Origin: a virus
Lineage: Duplodnaviria > Caudoviricetes
IMG/VR virus record: IMGVR_UViG_3300021399_000005
Span: 1 to 64,000 of that record
DNA length: 64,000 nucleotides
Strand: one strand, 5' to 3'
The notes beneath the pieces were generated by a model. It had not been told where the DNA came from and did no database searches. It worked only from the letters and a program-made list of their open reading frames with translations. Of the stretch, positions 1-13,852 are shown in pieces; the first letter of the stretch is position 1; each line of letters begins with the position of its first letter. Both the position numbers and the translations under genes were made by a program.

Positions 1-850
1 TATGGAGATTGATTTAGTTCTTGGAACAATAAATTCTCATGAAGTGGACTCTGTTTTATATGCAAAAGAAATTGCAGTTTTAACTCAAATACAAACAAAT
101 GAAGGAACAACCATCAATGAAAAAACAGCAAGCATAAATAAAGATGGATTAAAAGTAGATGGTTCTGCTGAAGTAACAGGAACAACTATTTTAAAAAATT
201 TAACTACGAGTGGAAGTACGTCTATTACAAATGATTCTGAAAAAGGATTATCTGTAAATGAAGATGAAGTAGTTCTTGTCGGTGCAACATTAAAAAGCTG
301 TATTTTAGAGGGAGATTTTAAAGCGGAAAAAGCTACCATTAAAGGAGTTACAATTGAAGATGGTTCAATTAAATGAACTGAAGCTGGTAGTGAAGATTCT
401 CAAAATGAAATTTTAAACTTAGAGAAATTACAATTCCACGAAGGAAAAGGTTTGATTTCTAATTTGCGCACATTAAATTTCCATACCGATGCTGGTGCAA
501 TATCTAACATTCGAACCCTTGATTTTAATACTAATGTGGGTTCAATATCTAACTTGCGCACGCTGGGTTTTGTGGGAAACGCAACCGCGACGGGGCTTTC
601 TACTTTGACTTTTGCGCAGAATGGTCAAATTTCAAGTTTAAATAAAATAACTTTTTCGGGAAATAATTCCGCAGTAACAGGATTAAACTCATTAGAAACT
701 AATGAGTTAATAATAGACAACAAAGAACTTAAACAAATTAAGATTCCTTTGAAAGAGGATACAAATGGAAATCTTATTTTTGATAAAGAAGCAACAGAAT
801 CAAATTATACTTCTGTATGAGTCTTTGTTGAGAGAGAGGAAGGAGATTAA
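1..850 (+). CDS. C-terminal part of a tail/virion protein with ~15-aa beta-helix-like repeats (5' truncated; TGA=Trp)
   Basis: Track ORFs 2..376 and 452..820 share a frame and are joined by TGA; reads through TGA 818-820 to TAA 848-850; repeats ISNLRTLNF/ISNIRTLDF/ISNLRTLGF. Confidence 0.65.
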
Positions 851-854
851 GGAA

Positions 855-1016
855 ATGAATAATAATGAAGTAAAACGACAGTTATCAAGCATTATTAAAG
901 CTTTATCAACAATTGCTGTAAGAGGCGATGACGTTTTAACTCTTGCGCAAGTATTTCAAGGTTTAGAATACACTATTGAAAACTTAAAAGATGAAGATAT
1001 TTCAAAGGAGGAATAG
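855..1016 (+). CDS. Small hypothetical protein (53 aa)
   Basis: AGGAG upstream of ATG 855; ends TAG; tightly packed between neighbours. Confidence 0.6.
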   Translation: MNNNEVKRQLSSIIKALSTIAVRGDDVLTLAQVFQGLEYTIENLKDEDISKEE

Positions 1017-1019
1017 TCT

Positions 1020-4000
1020 ATGGCAAATATAACAATATATCCTCCTATTATAGATGGTATTCTTCCAGCTTTTATAAAAAATGAAAAAGGAGAGGGGCAA
1101 TTAATTGTCCCTTTTACTTTTAATGCTGCAACAACGCAAGGGGATTATACTAGTGCAGTAATAAAAGTAAAAACAATTCAAGAAGATGTTGTAATTACTC
1201 AAGCAGAAACAAATACTATAGATTTAAATGAAAGTTGAGCAGTTTTTGATTTAACTGAACCTGTTGGAGATGGAAACAAAACTTTGGGAGACTTCTTTGA
1301 AATTGGTGCTCATTATAAAATTCAACTTGCTTTAAAAAATGATGTTACAATAGGGTGATTTTCTTCTGTAGGAGTAATAAAATGTACTTCTCAACCAAAA
1401 GTAACTGTTTTTGGTGGTGGTGGAGAATCCGCTGTTGAATTGGATGAAAATTATGGTAATCAAAACTATCCTTATTTTATTGGTGTTTATTCTCAGGGAG
1501 ATGGGTCAGAAGATACTTCTTCCTATTTTTATGATACAAATGAACGTATTTATTCTAGTTATTTTGAATTATATACAAAAGATGAGGATAATAATAAAAT
1601 TTTGGTAGAAAAAAGTGAAGAGGTTATTCACAATGGAACTCTTGACACAAATATTAATGAAGCAAGAGAAGAATGGTATCCTTCTATTGATTTAAATTCT
1701 GGAGAGAATTATTATATAAAATTTCATGTAACAACTGTTAATAATCTCCAATGCGCGAGTGTTAGTTATCCTGTTTTTGCAACAGAAGCAATTCCATTAG
1801 ATATTCCAGCAGACCTTGAGGTTGATTATGATGAAGAAAATGGTGTTGCCGCACTTTATTTTAAAGCTCATAGTCCTTCTGCTAGAGCAACTGGAAGATT
1901 TGTAATATCAAGAAAAGATATTAATTTAGATAATAACTGAAGAATTGTATATAAATTTTCACTTGCAACTGAATTGCCAGATGGTTTAATTTGAAGAGAT
2001 TTTACTGTTGAACAAGGAGCAACCTATTCTTATGCTATTCAACAATTTAATGAATCAAATGTATATACTGGAAGAAAGATTTTTACTTATTATAATGAAA
2101 ATGGTTTTCCACAGGAAGAACTAACAATCAAATTTGACCATATGTATCTTTTTGATGGTGAAAAACAGTTAAAAATAAAGTTTAATCCAAAAGTTTCATC
2201 TTTTAAAACACAAATTTTTGAAGCTAAAGTGGATACTATAGGAAGTAAATATCCTTTCTTTTTGAGAAATGCGATGGTGGCCTATAAAACTTTTCCTATT
2301 TCTGGTTTAATTTCTATGTTAATGGATGATGATGAACTTTTTACTTCTTATGATTCAATTGAAAGACCTTATAGAAATCAAACAAGAGAAAAAACTCCAA
2401 ATAGAGTGAGTTCTTTATATAATTATACTGAAACTGATTTAAGCTGGAAGAACATTGAATCAGAAAGATTGTTTAAATTAAAAGTTTTAGATTGGTTAAA
2501 TGATGGAAAGTTGAAGCTATTTAGATCGCCTCAAGAAGGAAATTATTTGGTGCGATTAATGGAAAATTCTTTAACTCCAACAGATAGTTTAGGAAGAATG
2601 ATTCATACATTTAACTCAACTGCTTATGAAGCAGATGATGTATCTTATAATACTTTGGTTAAACATAAAATTATTTCAATTCCTACAAGTTTAAATACAA
2701 TGAGTCAAAAGGTAAAAACGGTTCAGTTAAAAAATTATGCGGTTTATGATAATAATCATAAATTAACAGGGGTGGAAGATATTTTAAGGTATTCTGTGGA
2801 AATAGAAATTGGTGAAGCTAAAGTTCCAAAATGGTTTTCTCGTTATGAAGGCCCTATTACTAGAATAGACTTAAGAGATATTTTACCTGGTACACAATTT
2901 AAAGTAATTTTTTCTAAAGATCGTGAAAGAATTATTACGATAGGAAAAACAGGTGCATATACTGTAAAAGATATTAACCCAATTCAGGGTTTGCAAATTT
3001 TATTACCAGAAAAAAGTGGAAACTATGAAATTCCATTTAAAACAGGAACAGTTTATACAAATATTTATGAAAGAGTTTTAAAAGGAGATGCGCAAATCTA
3101 CTATCAAGCAACTTCTACAACAGGATTTGATTCTATTTCTGGAGAAAAGGTAGACCCTCAAGCCTGCGCGCAAATATTAGATAGTCCAACCAATTTTCCA
3201 AATAATTTATCAAATATTGCAGAACGACCAGTAAAAATTAATTTACTAAATGTTCACAAAAAAGATATTGTAAATTTATATGTTACATTAACAAAAGATG
3301 GCACATTGCCGGATCCGTTTGGAAGTATATCTTTAACAAATGAAGAAAATTATATGCCAGATAATGCAAAACCTCTTTTATATTTTGATAGAGATTGTAG
3401 GTATCAAGTTTTTAAAGACACAAACTCTGAATATAATTTAGTTCCTAATGCTTTATACAATATTCGCTTTGTGCGTCCAGAGCATTTACCTTTAGACCAC
3501 GGAGTAGAAAGAGTTGTAATTCCAGAAAAACAAGACCCAAATGCTGAAATGGCTGATGTGGGTGGTTTGGGCCAAACATCAACCGTAACACAAAGGGAAA
3601 GTGCAGATGCATTTTATGTGTCAAGACAAGAAAAAATGGATAATATTGATAGACTTTCTGGAGATTTGTTCTGACAAAATGATTTGTATTATGAAGAAAC
3701 TAAAGATAGTGAAAATGTTTATTATGAAAATCTTTTAGATTACCTTTATGATGCAAGAACAAATAAATTAATTAAAAAAGAAGATTGAGACCCTTCTTTT
3801 ACTATTGTAACAAAAAGACAAAGTACAAAAATAGATTTAAGAGAAATTGAAAACTATAAGCTAAAAGAATTGATTCCAAATGAAGATTTTGTTTCAATTA
3901 GTTTTGGAAATGGTGTTTATGCAGATTGTTTTTATCAAAACCTTCATTTGACTTATGTTTTTCAAAATCAAGCTTCAAAATACTTTAAATCTGATGCTTA

Positions 4001-4145
4001 TAAGGCTACAATAGATTATGAAAAAGCTTTAAATAATTGAACTCCAAGTAATCCCTCTATTGAGGATATAGAGCTAAAAAAAGAAAATTTAGTAAATACG
4101 TTACAAGGTTATTATGATCAATGAATTTCATTAGAGGAGGAATAA
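1020..4145 (+). CDS. Putative tail/baseplate structural protein, 1041 aa (TGA=Trp)
   Basis: ORFs 1020, 1440 and 2142 are co-frame and separated only by TGA; first TAA at 4143-4145; GGAGG RBS; structural-gene context. Confidence 0.75.
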
Positions 4146-4148
4146 AAT

Positions 4149-7040
4149 ATGAAGAATCCTTTACATGACAAAATTTTTTTAAGAAATTTAGACTTGCATC
4201 ATAACCATAACATTCATGCAAAAATAATTGTTTTAGATTTTAATGAAAATCCAAAAGAAGAAATTACTGGAAGGGTTACTGGCGGTTCCATTTCTGTAGA
4301 TGGCACTTCTGTTGTAAGAAGAACTTGTTCTTTAACTATGGTTGCAAAAGATTTAAATATGTCTAACTATATTTGAGGATTAAATTCAAAATTTAAATTA
4401 GAAATAGGATTAGAAAATGAGATTGATGAAAAATACCCCAAAATTATTTGATTTAAACAGGGAATTTTCTTAATTACAAGCTATAATATTTCAACTTCTT
4501 TAAATAATTATACTATTTCAATTCAAGGAAAAGATAAAATGTCTTTATTAAATGGAGACATTGGAGGAGTTATTACTCAAATAGGTGTTGACTTTGCGGG
4601 AATATATGAGGTAGAATACTCTGGCGCGACAGCGACGACAGTAAGAAAGAAATTCCCTATTAAAGATATAGTTTTAAATGCCGTTCATGACTGGGCTAGA
4701 GAACCTTGACATAATATTGTTGTTAATGATTTAGATGATTATGGTCTTGAATTGCTAGAATATCAAGGAGATAATCCGCTTTATCTTTTTATTACTAAAA
4801 ATGCAGTTGACACTACTTCTGGAGCGAGAGAAGTTAAACAGATGTATTTTGAAAAAGATGATGTAGATGTATATTTTGAAGGATTCCCTAATACAGTTTT
4901 TAAAATTAGGGATTTAGAAAATGCTGAAATCGGTGGTACCTATGACCCGCTTTTAGACGATTCGACCATTGGAAAAGACTTTCAGAGTGTTGCTTCTCGT
5001 GTTTGTTTAGTGGGAGACGAAACCAATGCCGCATACACAGTTTTTAAAGCAGAAAAGGGGTCTGTTGTTGGGTATCGTTTAACAGACATCACATATGCAG
5101 GAGAATTAATTCTTAATGTTGGTTCAACACTAACTCAAATGTTAGATAAATTAGTTCAAATGTTGGGTAATTTTGAGTATTTTTATGATGTAGATGGTCG
5201 TTTTATTTTTCAGAAGAAAAAGACTTATGTAGATGTTTCTTGAAACTCTATAAATGGAGAGCATAATTTTTCAACAGAAACTTATGCTAATAATGCTTTG
5301 CAAACATCTAGAGAAGTTTATCGTTTTGAAGATGATTACCTAATTTCTTCATTTCAAAATACTCCAAATCTTTCGAATTTAAAAAATGACTTTTCTGTTT
5401 GAGGGGTTCAAGAAGAAGCTGGATCTTCTGTTCCAATTCATATCAGATATGCAATAGACCACCGACCTTTAATGTATCGAATTATAGGATATAGTGATTT
5501 AGTAGATTATGATGATGAAAGTCAAAGTCTTATTTATAAAAAAATATCTTATAAATATCAAGGTAGTTTTTCTCCAAAAAAATCTGGTATACCAACAGAA
5601 GAAAAAGAAAGGTTTATTGAAGGAAATTTTTATATAAAAACAGAACTTGGAGATTACATTATTCCAGATTGAAGAAGTGATGATATATATTCTCATCCTT
5701 TTGCTTATTATATAGCAGAAGAAGAAGATACTGGACAAGACTATAATCTAGTTTTTTTAGCGTCTTCAGATGTGCCTTATAAAAAACAGGAAGAAAAAGA
5801 TATTGTTTTTGTTGTAGATTGAAGAGAAATTATTTATCAAATGGCAATGGACTATAGAGCACATGTTCAAGAAGATGATTTTTTGCAAAGAGTAGCTCAA
5901 AATAATTTAATGGAAAATGGTGTTTCATATTATCCAACAGGTTGAACGGGGTATGAGCAGTATTATCAAGATTTTGAAATGGCTTCAAGACATAAAGTTC
6001 AAGCTTCAGCAAAAACAAGTGGAGGTTTTCCTATAAATCAACAAAAAATAATTAGTTATTGAAGGGAAATTTATAATCCATGTCTTGCAATAAAAGACCA
6101 CTTTCTTAGTAAAACTGACCCAATATGAAGAAATACCTATAAGTACAATTCATTGGGGTGGAGAGAGGATATACAAGATAATCCTCAAGCAATTCATTTT
6201 TGATTTGATTTTTTAGATTCTTATGGAGAAATAAACAGATATTCAATTCCAAATATAGGAACAAGGTCAAAAGCGGTTAATGATAATAAAGTAAAAGCCA
6301 TTTATTATAGAGAAATTCCAAATGTAATTTATAGGATGTCGTCTGAAGATATAGATAAAGAAAGCTTAAAAGAACAGAATTGAGTTAAACCTGGTTATGT
6401 TTATCTTCAGGTTTCAGACGATAAAATGGGTTGGTTTACTATGAGCGCACAAGGCAAGAGCGCAATAGATGTTTTAAAAGAATGGCTAAGCGATTATACT
6501 TATTGTACAGAATCTGTTAGTTTTTCATCTACGATTCCTATTTATTACCTTGAACCGAATACAGTTGCGTTGATAAAAGACAATGATACTGGAGTTAGTG
6601 GATATTATGTAATAAAACAATTTACAATTCCTCTTGACCCAAAGGGGCAAATGTCTTTAACCGCAACAAAATTAATGAATTCTTCTAATTCTTTGGTTGG
6701 CGAAAGCAATCCTTTAGATATGACTACTGTTATAGATACAAGTCCTTCTCAACAGAATTTATTAGAAGTTCAAAATCCAGAATTTATTATATCTGTAAAA
6801 GAAGACTCTGAAACTAAAGATGGCATTCTTTACATTACACAAGGTAAAAATGAACCAGAAAAAGATAGAGATATTCGTATTGCAGTAAAAGAAAAGGATG
6901 GTCAAGAAGGTCTACCTGAAGAAGAAAAAGAATATATTTTATATATTGATAATGCGAACAGAGGAGATAAAGAAGCTGAGGCTTCAATAAAACTTGACGA
7001 GATTATCAAAGAATATTTTGAGAATGAAAAGAAAGGATAA
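4149..7040 (+). CDS. Putative tail/baseplate hub-type protein, 963 aa (TGA=Trp)
   Basis: ORFs 4149, 4752, 5472 and 6426 are co-frame and joined via TGA; N-terminal 'EEITGRVTGGSISVDGTSVVRRTCSLT' and C-terminal 'IPIYYLEPN..GYYVIKQFTIPL' resemble phage tail hub proteins. Confidence 0.7.
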
Positions 7041-7047
7041 AAGAAAA

Positions 7048-7437
7048 ATGGCAAGAGATATTTTTCAATTTCGTTATTATAACGATAACAATCCTTTAAA
7101 TTGACCTATTGGGGCAACGTTTGAGGACTGGTCGGCTTCGACAACCGCAAGTCCAAGTGCAAAAGCATTTACAGATTTTAGTGGGGAAGGAGAAAAAATC
7201 CCCACTAAATCTTCTATTATTCAGCTTGGGATTCAAACAATACCGGGGACCAAATTTTATTTAAATGGTTCTAAATATCCTATTACTGTTGGTGTGACGG
7301 GTATTTATGAAATATCTTTAGAAGATAATATTACTATTGAGTCCTTGGTTTTTAATAGAATCTCAATGGAAAGAATAAAGGATAATGATGGAGCGTACCT
7401 CATTGTGGATATGCTAGTGAGAGAGGAGGAAGATTAG
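7048..7437 (+). CDS. Hypothetical structural protein, 129 aa (one TGA=Trp)
   Basis: Missed by the track; ATG 7048 to TAG 7435-7437; 'IQLGIQTIPGTKFYLNG..ITVGVTGIYEI' resembles an internal segment of the 1020..4145 protein. Confidence 0.7.
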
Positions 7438-10400
7438 ATGAGTTTTTATGGAAATATTAGAGAAGATATGACAAAAGCTCAGTTTCAATTTGATAGAATT
7501 TATTCAAATAGATTTGCAATGGATTCTGCTATTGGTAATACGTCTGATCTTCAAAATGTAACAGATGGTGTTTTTGTTGGCCGTTTTGTTTTAGTAGACT
7601 ATAACTTAGACCCTGAACAAGGTAATGCTTCTAGCGAACTTGGCTATGTTGGGGAGAAAATAAGTGGAAATTATTTTACTCTAAAAAAATTAAGTGATGA
7701 TACTTATTATTATGAAGATGAGCTTGATGAAAAATTGCCTACAGATGGGTTTCAGTTAGTTACAGCAATAGAAACTTCAAACGATGTTTCATATATAGTT
7801 TACTATCAATATTCTAAAAAGAATAGTCCTCATCAACAAGAGGCTGCGGCAGAAACATATACAGATGAAAATAATGAAGAAGTAACTAGATATAAAGCTT
7901 TATTTACTCAATATAAATTTGTAAAATTTCAAGGTGCAAAAGAATTGGAAACAGATGTTTCAACTGAAGAAGCAGTTATTAGGGCTGCAAATGCGGAAAT
8001 TGATACTGAGTATTATGGAGGCGACTATGATGCGACTGTTTGACAAAAAATTGTAAACAGCAATAAAGAAGAGTACCTTTTAGTTGCTAGATTAAATTCA
8101 AAAATGCCAACTTTGACAGGATGGGCAATTGGACCTGCTGAAAAGCCACAGGTAAAAATGAGTTCTTTAACAAACTATTTTTTAAAAATTCCCGACCCTT
8201 GAAAAGTCAAAGGTACCGTTAATATTAATGAAAATGACCCTGTTGTAAATGAAACAACTCGACTTACAAGTGCGCAAGTGGATGATTTGGGAAATGACTC
8301 AGTTGAAATTCGGCAAATAAGAGACCCAAATCTTTCAGAAAGATATCAGAATACTCGTGGTGGATATCGCTCTGATGCAGACCAGCCTAATGATGTTTTA
8401 GAATTTGCTTTTAGCTTACCTGGTTTTAAAAAAGTTTTAAATAATTTTTGAGATTTAATTTATGGTGGTAACGGAGATGACACTACCAGAAAAACAAATT
8501 TAAATTTCTATGGAAAGACAGTTCATATTTCCGGCACCAATGAAGCTGGTAATTACACCACAAAAGATGTTGATTTGATGACAGAGGCTGATTGAGCTAC
8601 TGTAAAAAAACAGTTTGACCCTACTACAGTGGGTGGTTTAATTAATTTAATTCAATTATATCTAGGAAAAGGTGCAATACCAGTTGGCGCTTCTGCGCAG
8701 AATTGAAATGCTATTGAAGGTGAGGCACAAAAACAAGATCAATTAAGAGTATGGTATAATAATAACTATATTATTCCAGAAACTGCAATCCCTTCTTCAG
8801 ATGGTGTAGACAAAGCTGATTTCTTCGGCTTAAAATATGTTCAAAAAATTAGTAATTTTAAACGTATTAATACTGAAGGGTCTGGTTTTACAATAGATAG
8901 CACAGGAACTATTTCTAAAGTTCCCGAAAATGTTTCTGTATTTAAGAAAACTGGTGAGAATGTTTATGAAAGAACTACTGTTGCTGAAGGAAATAAAGAT
9001 AATGAAAATTTATATTATTTAGATGGCTATACTTATGAACTAAGAAATGTTCTTGCTGGAGATAGTATTTTAGAAATTCTAGCAGAATTATATAAAAAAT
9101 TTAATTTTGGAGACCCTCAGTCAAGAGACCCAGAAACAATAATGGGTTTATTTAATGAGTTAAAAGACAAAATAAATAATTTGTCTGAGCAATTAAGAAA
9201 TGATATTGTTTGAGATGTTTCTAATCCAGATGATGCCACAATCATGAAACAAGTCTTTGGTAGTGATGCGGTAGATGAGCGAAGGGAAGCCGATTATCCT
9301 TATTATACTCTTGATGATGTAATTCGTAGTTTAGGAAACACTTATCAAACAGAAGCAAAATCTCATTTAATTAGAACAGTAGAAAATGAAAATAATGAAA
9401 TGAGTGCCCGTTTAGTCTTTGCGCAAAGAGCTACTGAAGAAGAAAAGAAAGATTTAACAGAATCTCAAGGAATTGTTTATGATGGTTCTGTATATAAAAC
9501 AAGCGCGATTAGATTTTTAGATAATGATGTTGAATATGGAAAGAGTAAGGTTACAAAAGATGTTTTAAATACTGTTACGACAGGAGATTATTATATACTT
9601 GATGGAGATAATAATTTCCAGAAAATAGATACTTTTACTTTTAATGTTGAAGATGATCCTTCTTCAAGCGATGACAGTATTGTGATTGTAACTCAAAGTG
9701 ATAAAGAAGACGAAAATGATTTAAATTATGATTATTATTATTTAACAGCTAATGAAGATTTATATATAGGTAATGCGGCAAACAACCCTGGAAATGGTAT
9801 TTCTATTGGGTCTGGAGGCTTAACTGTCTTAGGCTCAGGAGAGGGTCCAAGTCTTTATGAAAAATATGTAATAAATAATGGAGAAAGTGCTATTTATCCA
9901 AATTCAGAAGAATTAGTTTTACTTTCTGACAATGAGATTCGTCTTTATGCAAATTTAAATGATTATAAGGCAGAATGAGATGAATATGGAAAAGTTAGTA
10001 ATGCAAACTATATTGCATTATTAGATAGTATGAGAGAATATGGAAACATTTATTATAAACTAGATGATGCAAGAACTCAGTTAGCAGAATGAAGAGAAGA
10101 TGCAGATAGTTTCAATGAAGCTATGCAAAGATATATTTTATATCTTGGATACAGAAAAACTAGAGAGTCTTATGAAAGTCATTGAAATACTGTCACTGGT
10201 TCTGTTGAAGGCGAAGCAAGAATTAATAATAGTTTTGATTTAGTTAGAAATGTAAATGGAGAAAATTATACTGTATGAAATCCATCAGATGAAAGAATTC
10301 AAAATGAAAAAATTCCAAACTCTGTTTATTTAGAAAGAATTGAAACTAGTGAAGAGGTAAATAACTCTGCATATTATTACTACAGAAAAGTAGATGGAAA

Positions 10401-11400
10401 ATATCAGTTATTGGCCATGACCTCTTTTAGCGCATCAGAGCCACAAGAAGAAATATATGGAAAACTTTATTTTTCAAATCTTTATAAATTGCCTGCGAAT
10501 CCAGGTTTTTCTTATGTAAAATTTAGAAATAGCCAACTTGTTACATTAAAACCAGGAATAGACTTTGATGCTAATGAAACTCGACCAAATATTACAAGTT
10601 ATTTAAAAAATATTTATTCTGAAGATGAAAATTTGTATTTTACTAAAATTTCAAACAGTTCTGAAATTCCGGGAAGAGATTTTTTAATTTTTACAAAAAA
10701 TGCTGAAACAAATACTTTTATCCCTCAAAGCTGTACTTTTTCAGATAGTATTATAAATCAATCTTTAATTTCTGCTGGGCCTGAATATTTGAGAGGTTTC
10801 TTAATTTATCAGGGAGAATATTTATGGCCTCAAAACATGGAAAGTAATGATTACTATGTTTTAAATACAGAAATTTCATTAAAAGAAGAAATAGACAGTA
10901 ATAAAGATATTAAAGAATATAACTCTTCAGATGATGTTGCTTTTGGTTATAGTAAAACAGATGTAAAATTCTTAATAAAAGCCTCTGTTGTTTTGGGTGC
11001 CACAGTTAATCAAAATCCAATTTTCCCAGCAGTAGATAAGGCATCTGTTAGTTTTAGAAGAAATGCTTATGTAGGAAGAGTAAGTTCTTCAGATTCAACG
11101 TTCTTTTTAATTTGTTCAGAAGCTGATTTTGCAAGATGTTCTGAAATAAGAGAAATAAAATGGACATTGGTGACTCCAAATATTGAAGATTATAGAGTTT
11201 TAACCCTTAGTAAAAATGGACTAAAATTTTCTTCTTTACAAATTGGAGAAAACAATATTTTAACAGAAGACTCCTCTGGTTCATTGGTTTTAAATGATAA
11301 TAGAGTTATTTATGATAATAGTAGAGTAACTTGAGGACTTGAAAATCCTGATGATAACAATGGAAAAATAGGGGATTTATATATACAATTAAGAGAGTAA
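7438..11400 (+). CDS. Large acidic putative virion protein, 1320 aa (TGA=Trp)
   Basis: ORFs 7438, 9244 and 10411 are co-frame; ends TAA 11398-11400, followed by a terminator. Confidence 0.7.
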
Positions 11401-11423
11401 TTAAAAATTACTCTCTTTTCTTT
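11391..11423 (+). terminator. Intrinsic terminator
   Basis: AAGAGAGTAATT-AA-AATTACTCTCTT hairpin followed by a T-rich tract. Confidence 0.7.
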
Positions 11424-11441
11424 TAGAAAGGAGGAGTTTTT

Positions 11442-12227
11442 ATGGCTGTTCATTATGTCCAGTTTTTTAGAGGCTCGCCGCAAGCGTATGCAGACCTTTT
11501 GCAAAAGAATGATGATACACTTTATTTTATTTTTAGTGAGAATGATAATAAAGCAAAGGTATATCTTGGAACAAAAGAAATAACTGGTTCAGTATTTGGA
11601 GTATCTACTTTAGCAGATATTGGAGATATTGAAATTAATAACGGGAGCTTAAATACTGGAGATATTTTAGTCTATGATGATGTAACTCAAAAATGAACTT
11701 CATCTGACTTTTCCGCAATAGCAGAAACAATGGTTGGGGCTACGGAAAATGCGGACGGCTCTTCTGGTATAGTACCAACTCCAGTTGCTGGAGACCACAA
11801 TAAGTTTTTGCGAGGGGATGGCACTTGAGCAGCGGTTGATTTAAGTGAACTACAATCAGTTGTTACCACTTTCATAGGTTCGGATACCGGTAAAACGGCT
11901 CGCGCAATTGCGGCAGAAGAAGTTGCAAAAGTTGTAGCAGATGCTCCAACAGCTTTTGATACATTACAAGAAATTGCGGCTTGAATACAAGATCATCCTG
12001 ACAGTGCATCTGATTTAAACAATCGTTTAACCGCAGTAGAAGGAGATATGGATTCACTAGAAACTAGAGTAGAAGCTTTAGAATTGTCTAGTGTTTATGA
12101 TGGAGACTTAAATGCAACTATCTCAGCTTTACAGCAAAAAGATAGTGAGTTAGAAAACGCTTTAGAAGTGTTAGACAATAGATTAAAATGACATGAATTA
12201 ATAGAGGAGGGAAGCAATAATGGCTAA
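11442..12227 (+). CDS. Tail fibre-associated protein with C-terminal coiled coil, 261 aa (TGA=Trp)
   Basis: Reads through TGAs to TAA 12225-12227; motifs 'GIVPTPVAGDHNKFLRGDGTW' and 'APTAFDTLQEIAAWI' are typical of phage fibres, with TGA at both W positions. Confidence 0.7.
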
Positions 12228-13830
12228 TGTAAGTTTTAAAAGAGGCTTGCAGTCTAAACTTTCAACAGTTACAGTTACAGACGGAACTTTTTATTTAACT
12301 ACAGATACACATAGATTATATGTTGGTCAAGGTAATCAAATGGTTCCTGTTAATGAAGGTGTTACTACTGTTGCTAATGTTGCAGCTTTGCAAAACATTA
12401 TTCAAGACTCTGAGACTAATGCTGGTTTAGCTGGAAGTTTTTATTATGCTACAGCAGAAAACATTTTATGCGTTTGAAATGGTAAAAAATGAGTTCAAAT
12501 TAACCCAGACACAAATACATATGTAGAGGATGCAGATTGGGTATTAGCTAATAAAAGTATTAAATTAGCTTTAAAAAGAAATGATTCAAACAATACAATA
12601 AATACGCCAAACATTACCTTTTCTGGAAATAATGTTACTGTAAGTAAAGATGCAACAACAAAAGACATTACGGTTGATATAGACGTTCCAGATTTAGGAG
12701 TAACTTGGACTGCTGCAGAGGGTTCAGATAGAGAAAAGCTTGCTGTTGATTTAGGGGATGGAGGTTTTTCTTTAATTGGTGGTCAAAACATTGCCTTAAC
12801 AAAGAGTCAAGAAGGTAATAATGTTACTATTTCTGCAGCAGATATGAGACCTACTGGAGCAACAATTTCAGCGAAGGCAAATTCTGCAGATGGTTATAAT
12901 GTAGTTGTAAATATGCCAAATAGTAGTACTACAGCTGCAACAACGTTTGACCCAAAAGTAAAAACAGATTCAAGTAGTACAAACTATTTACATTTTAGAG
13001 GGGATATTTTAGATTTATCTGGAACTTATTATACTCAAGCTGAAGTTGATAAGAAAATTCAAGATTTTAATGCTGTTGAATATAAGGGTGTTTGACCGCC
13101 TACTGGTCAGACAAACTGGGCTTCAACAGACCCTTATCCAACTGCAAATGTTAAAAATGGTTCTATGTATCTGGTGCGCTTAGAAAATGCGCCAGCTCTA
13201 TCTTCAGGAGGAGAAACTCCAAAGGTTGGAGATTTAATTATTGCACAGGGAACAGAAGGAACCAATGGCTATTTAACTAATATTACTTGAGTAAGAATTC
13301 CTTCGGGTGATGAAGCACAAGTAGATACCACTTATAGCTTTGTTATGGATGGAGAATCTTCATCTGTTGGAGTAAATGTTAGCTCGACAGCAGGAGGATC
13401 AACAAATGCTACTGAAATGTTTAAGATTAAAGAGGGTAATAAAATTGATGTTACTAGAGCAAGTAACTCAAAAGAAATTGTTGTTTCTCATGAATCAACA
13501 ACATTTACTCCATCAACTCCTAGTTATGCTATAAATTCAAACGGAAAGGTTTCTGTTTTAACTGGAATTTCAAAAGATGATTATGGACATATCTCTGGTA
13601 CTAGTACAGTAGCAATGCCTGCACCAGTTGAATTAAATACTCTTACTTCTAGTGCAAGTGTTACAAATAATGTAGCAACAATTACTACTTCTTTAACTCA
13701 AAAATACATTGACAATTCTAGTACATACGGAACTGCTAAGACTGCAACTGTAAATCTTGCCGGACAAGGATTAGATGTAAGTGCTAGTGGAAATACAGTT
13801 ACCTTTAGTCTTACTTGAGGAGAATTTTAA
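12220..13830 (+). CDS. Tail fibre-like protein, 536 aa (TGA=Trp)
   Basis: ORFs 12220, 12844 and 13345 are co-frame; N-terminal 'FKRGLQSKL..DGTFYLTTDTHRLYVG' fibre-anchor-like motif; Ser/Thr-rich. Confidence 0.7.
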
Positions 13831-13852
13831 TATATAGAAACGAGGTACAAAT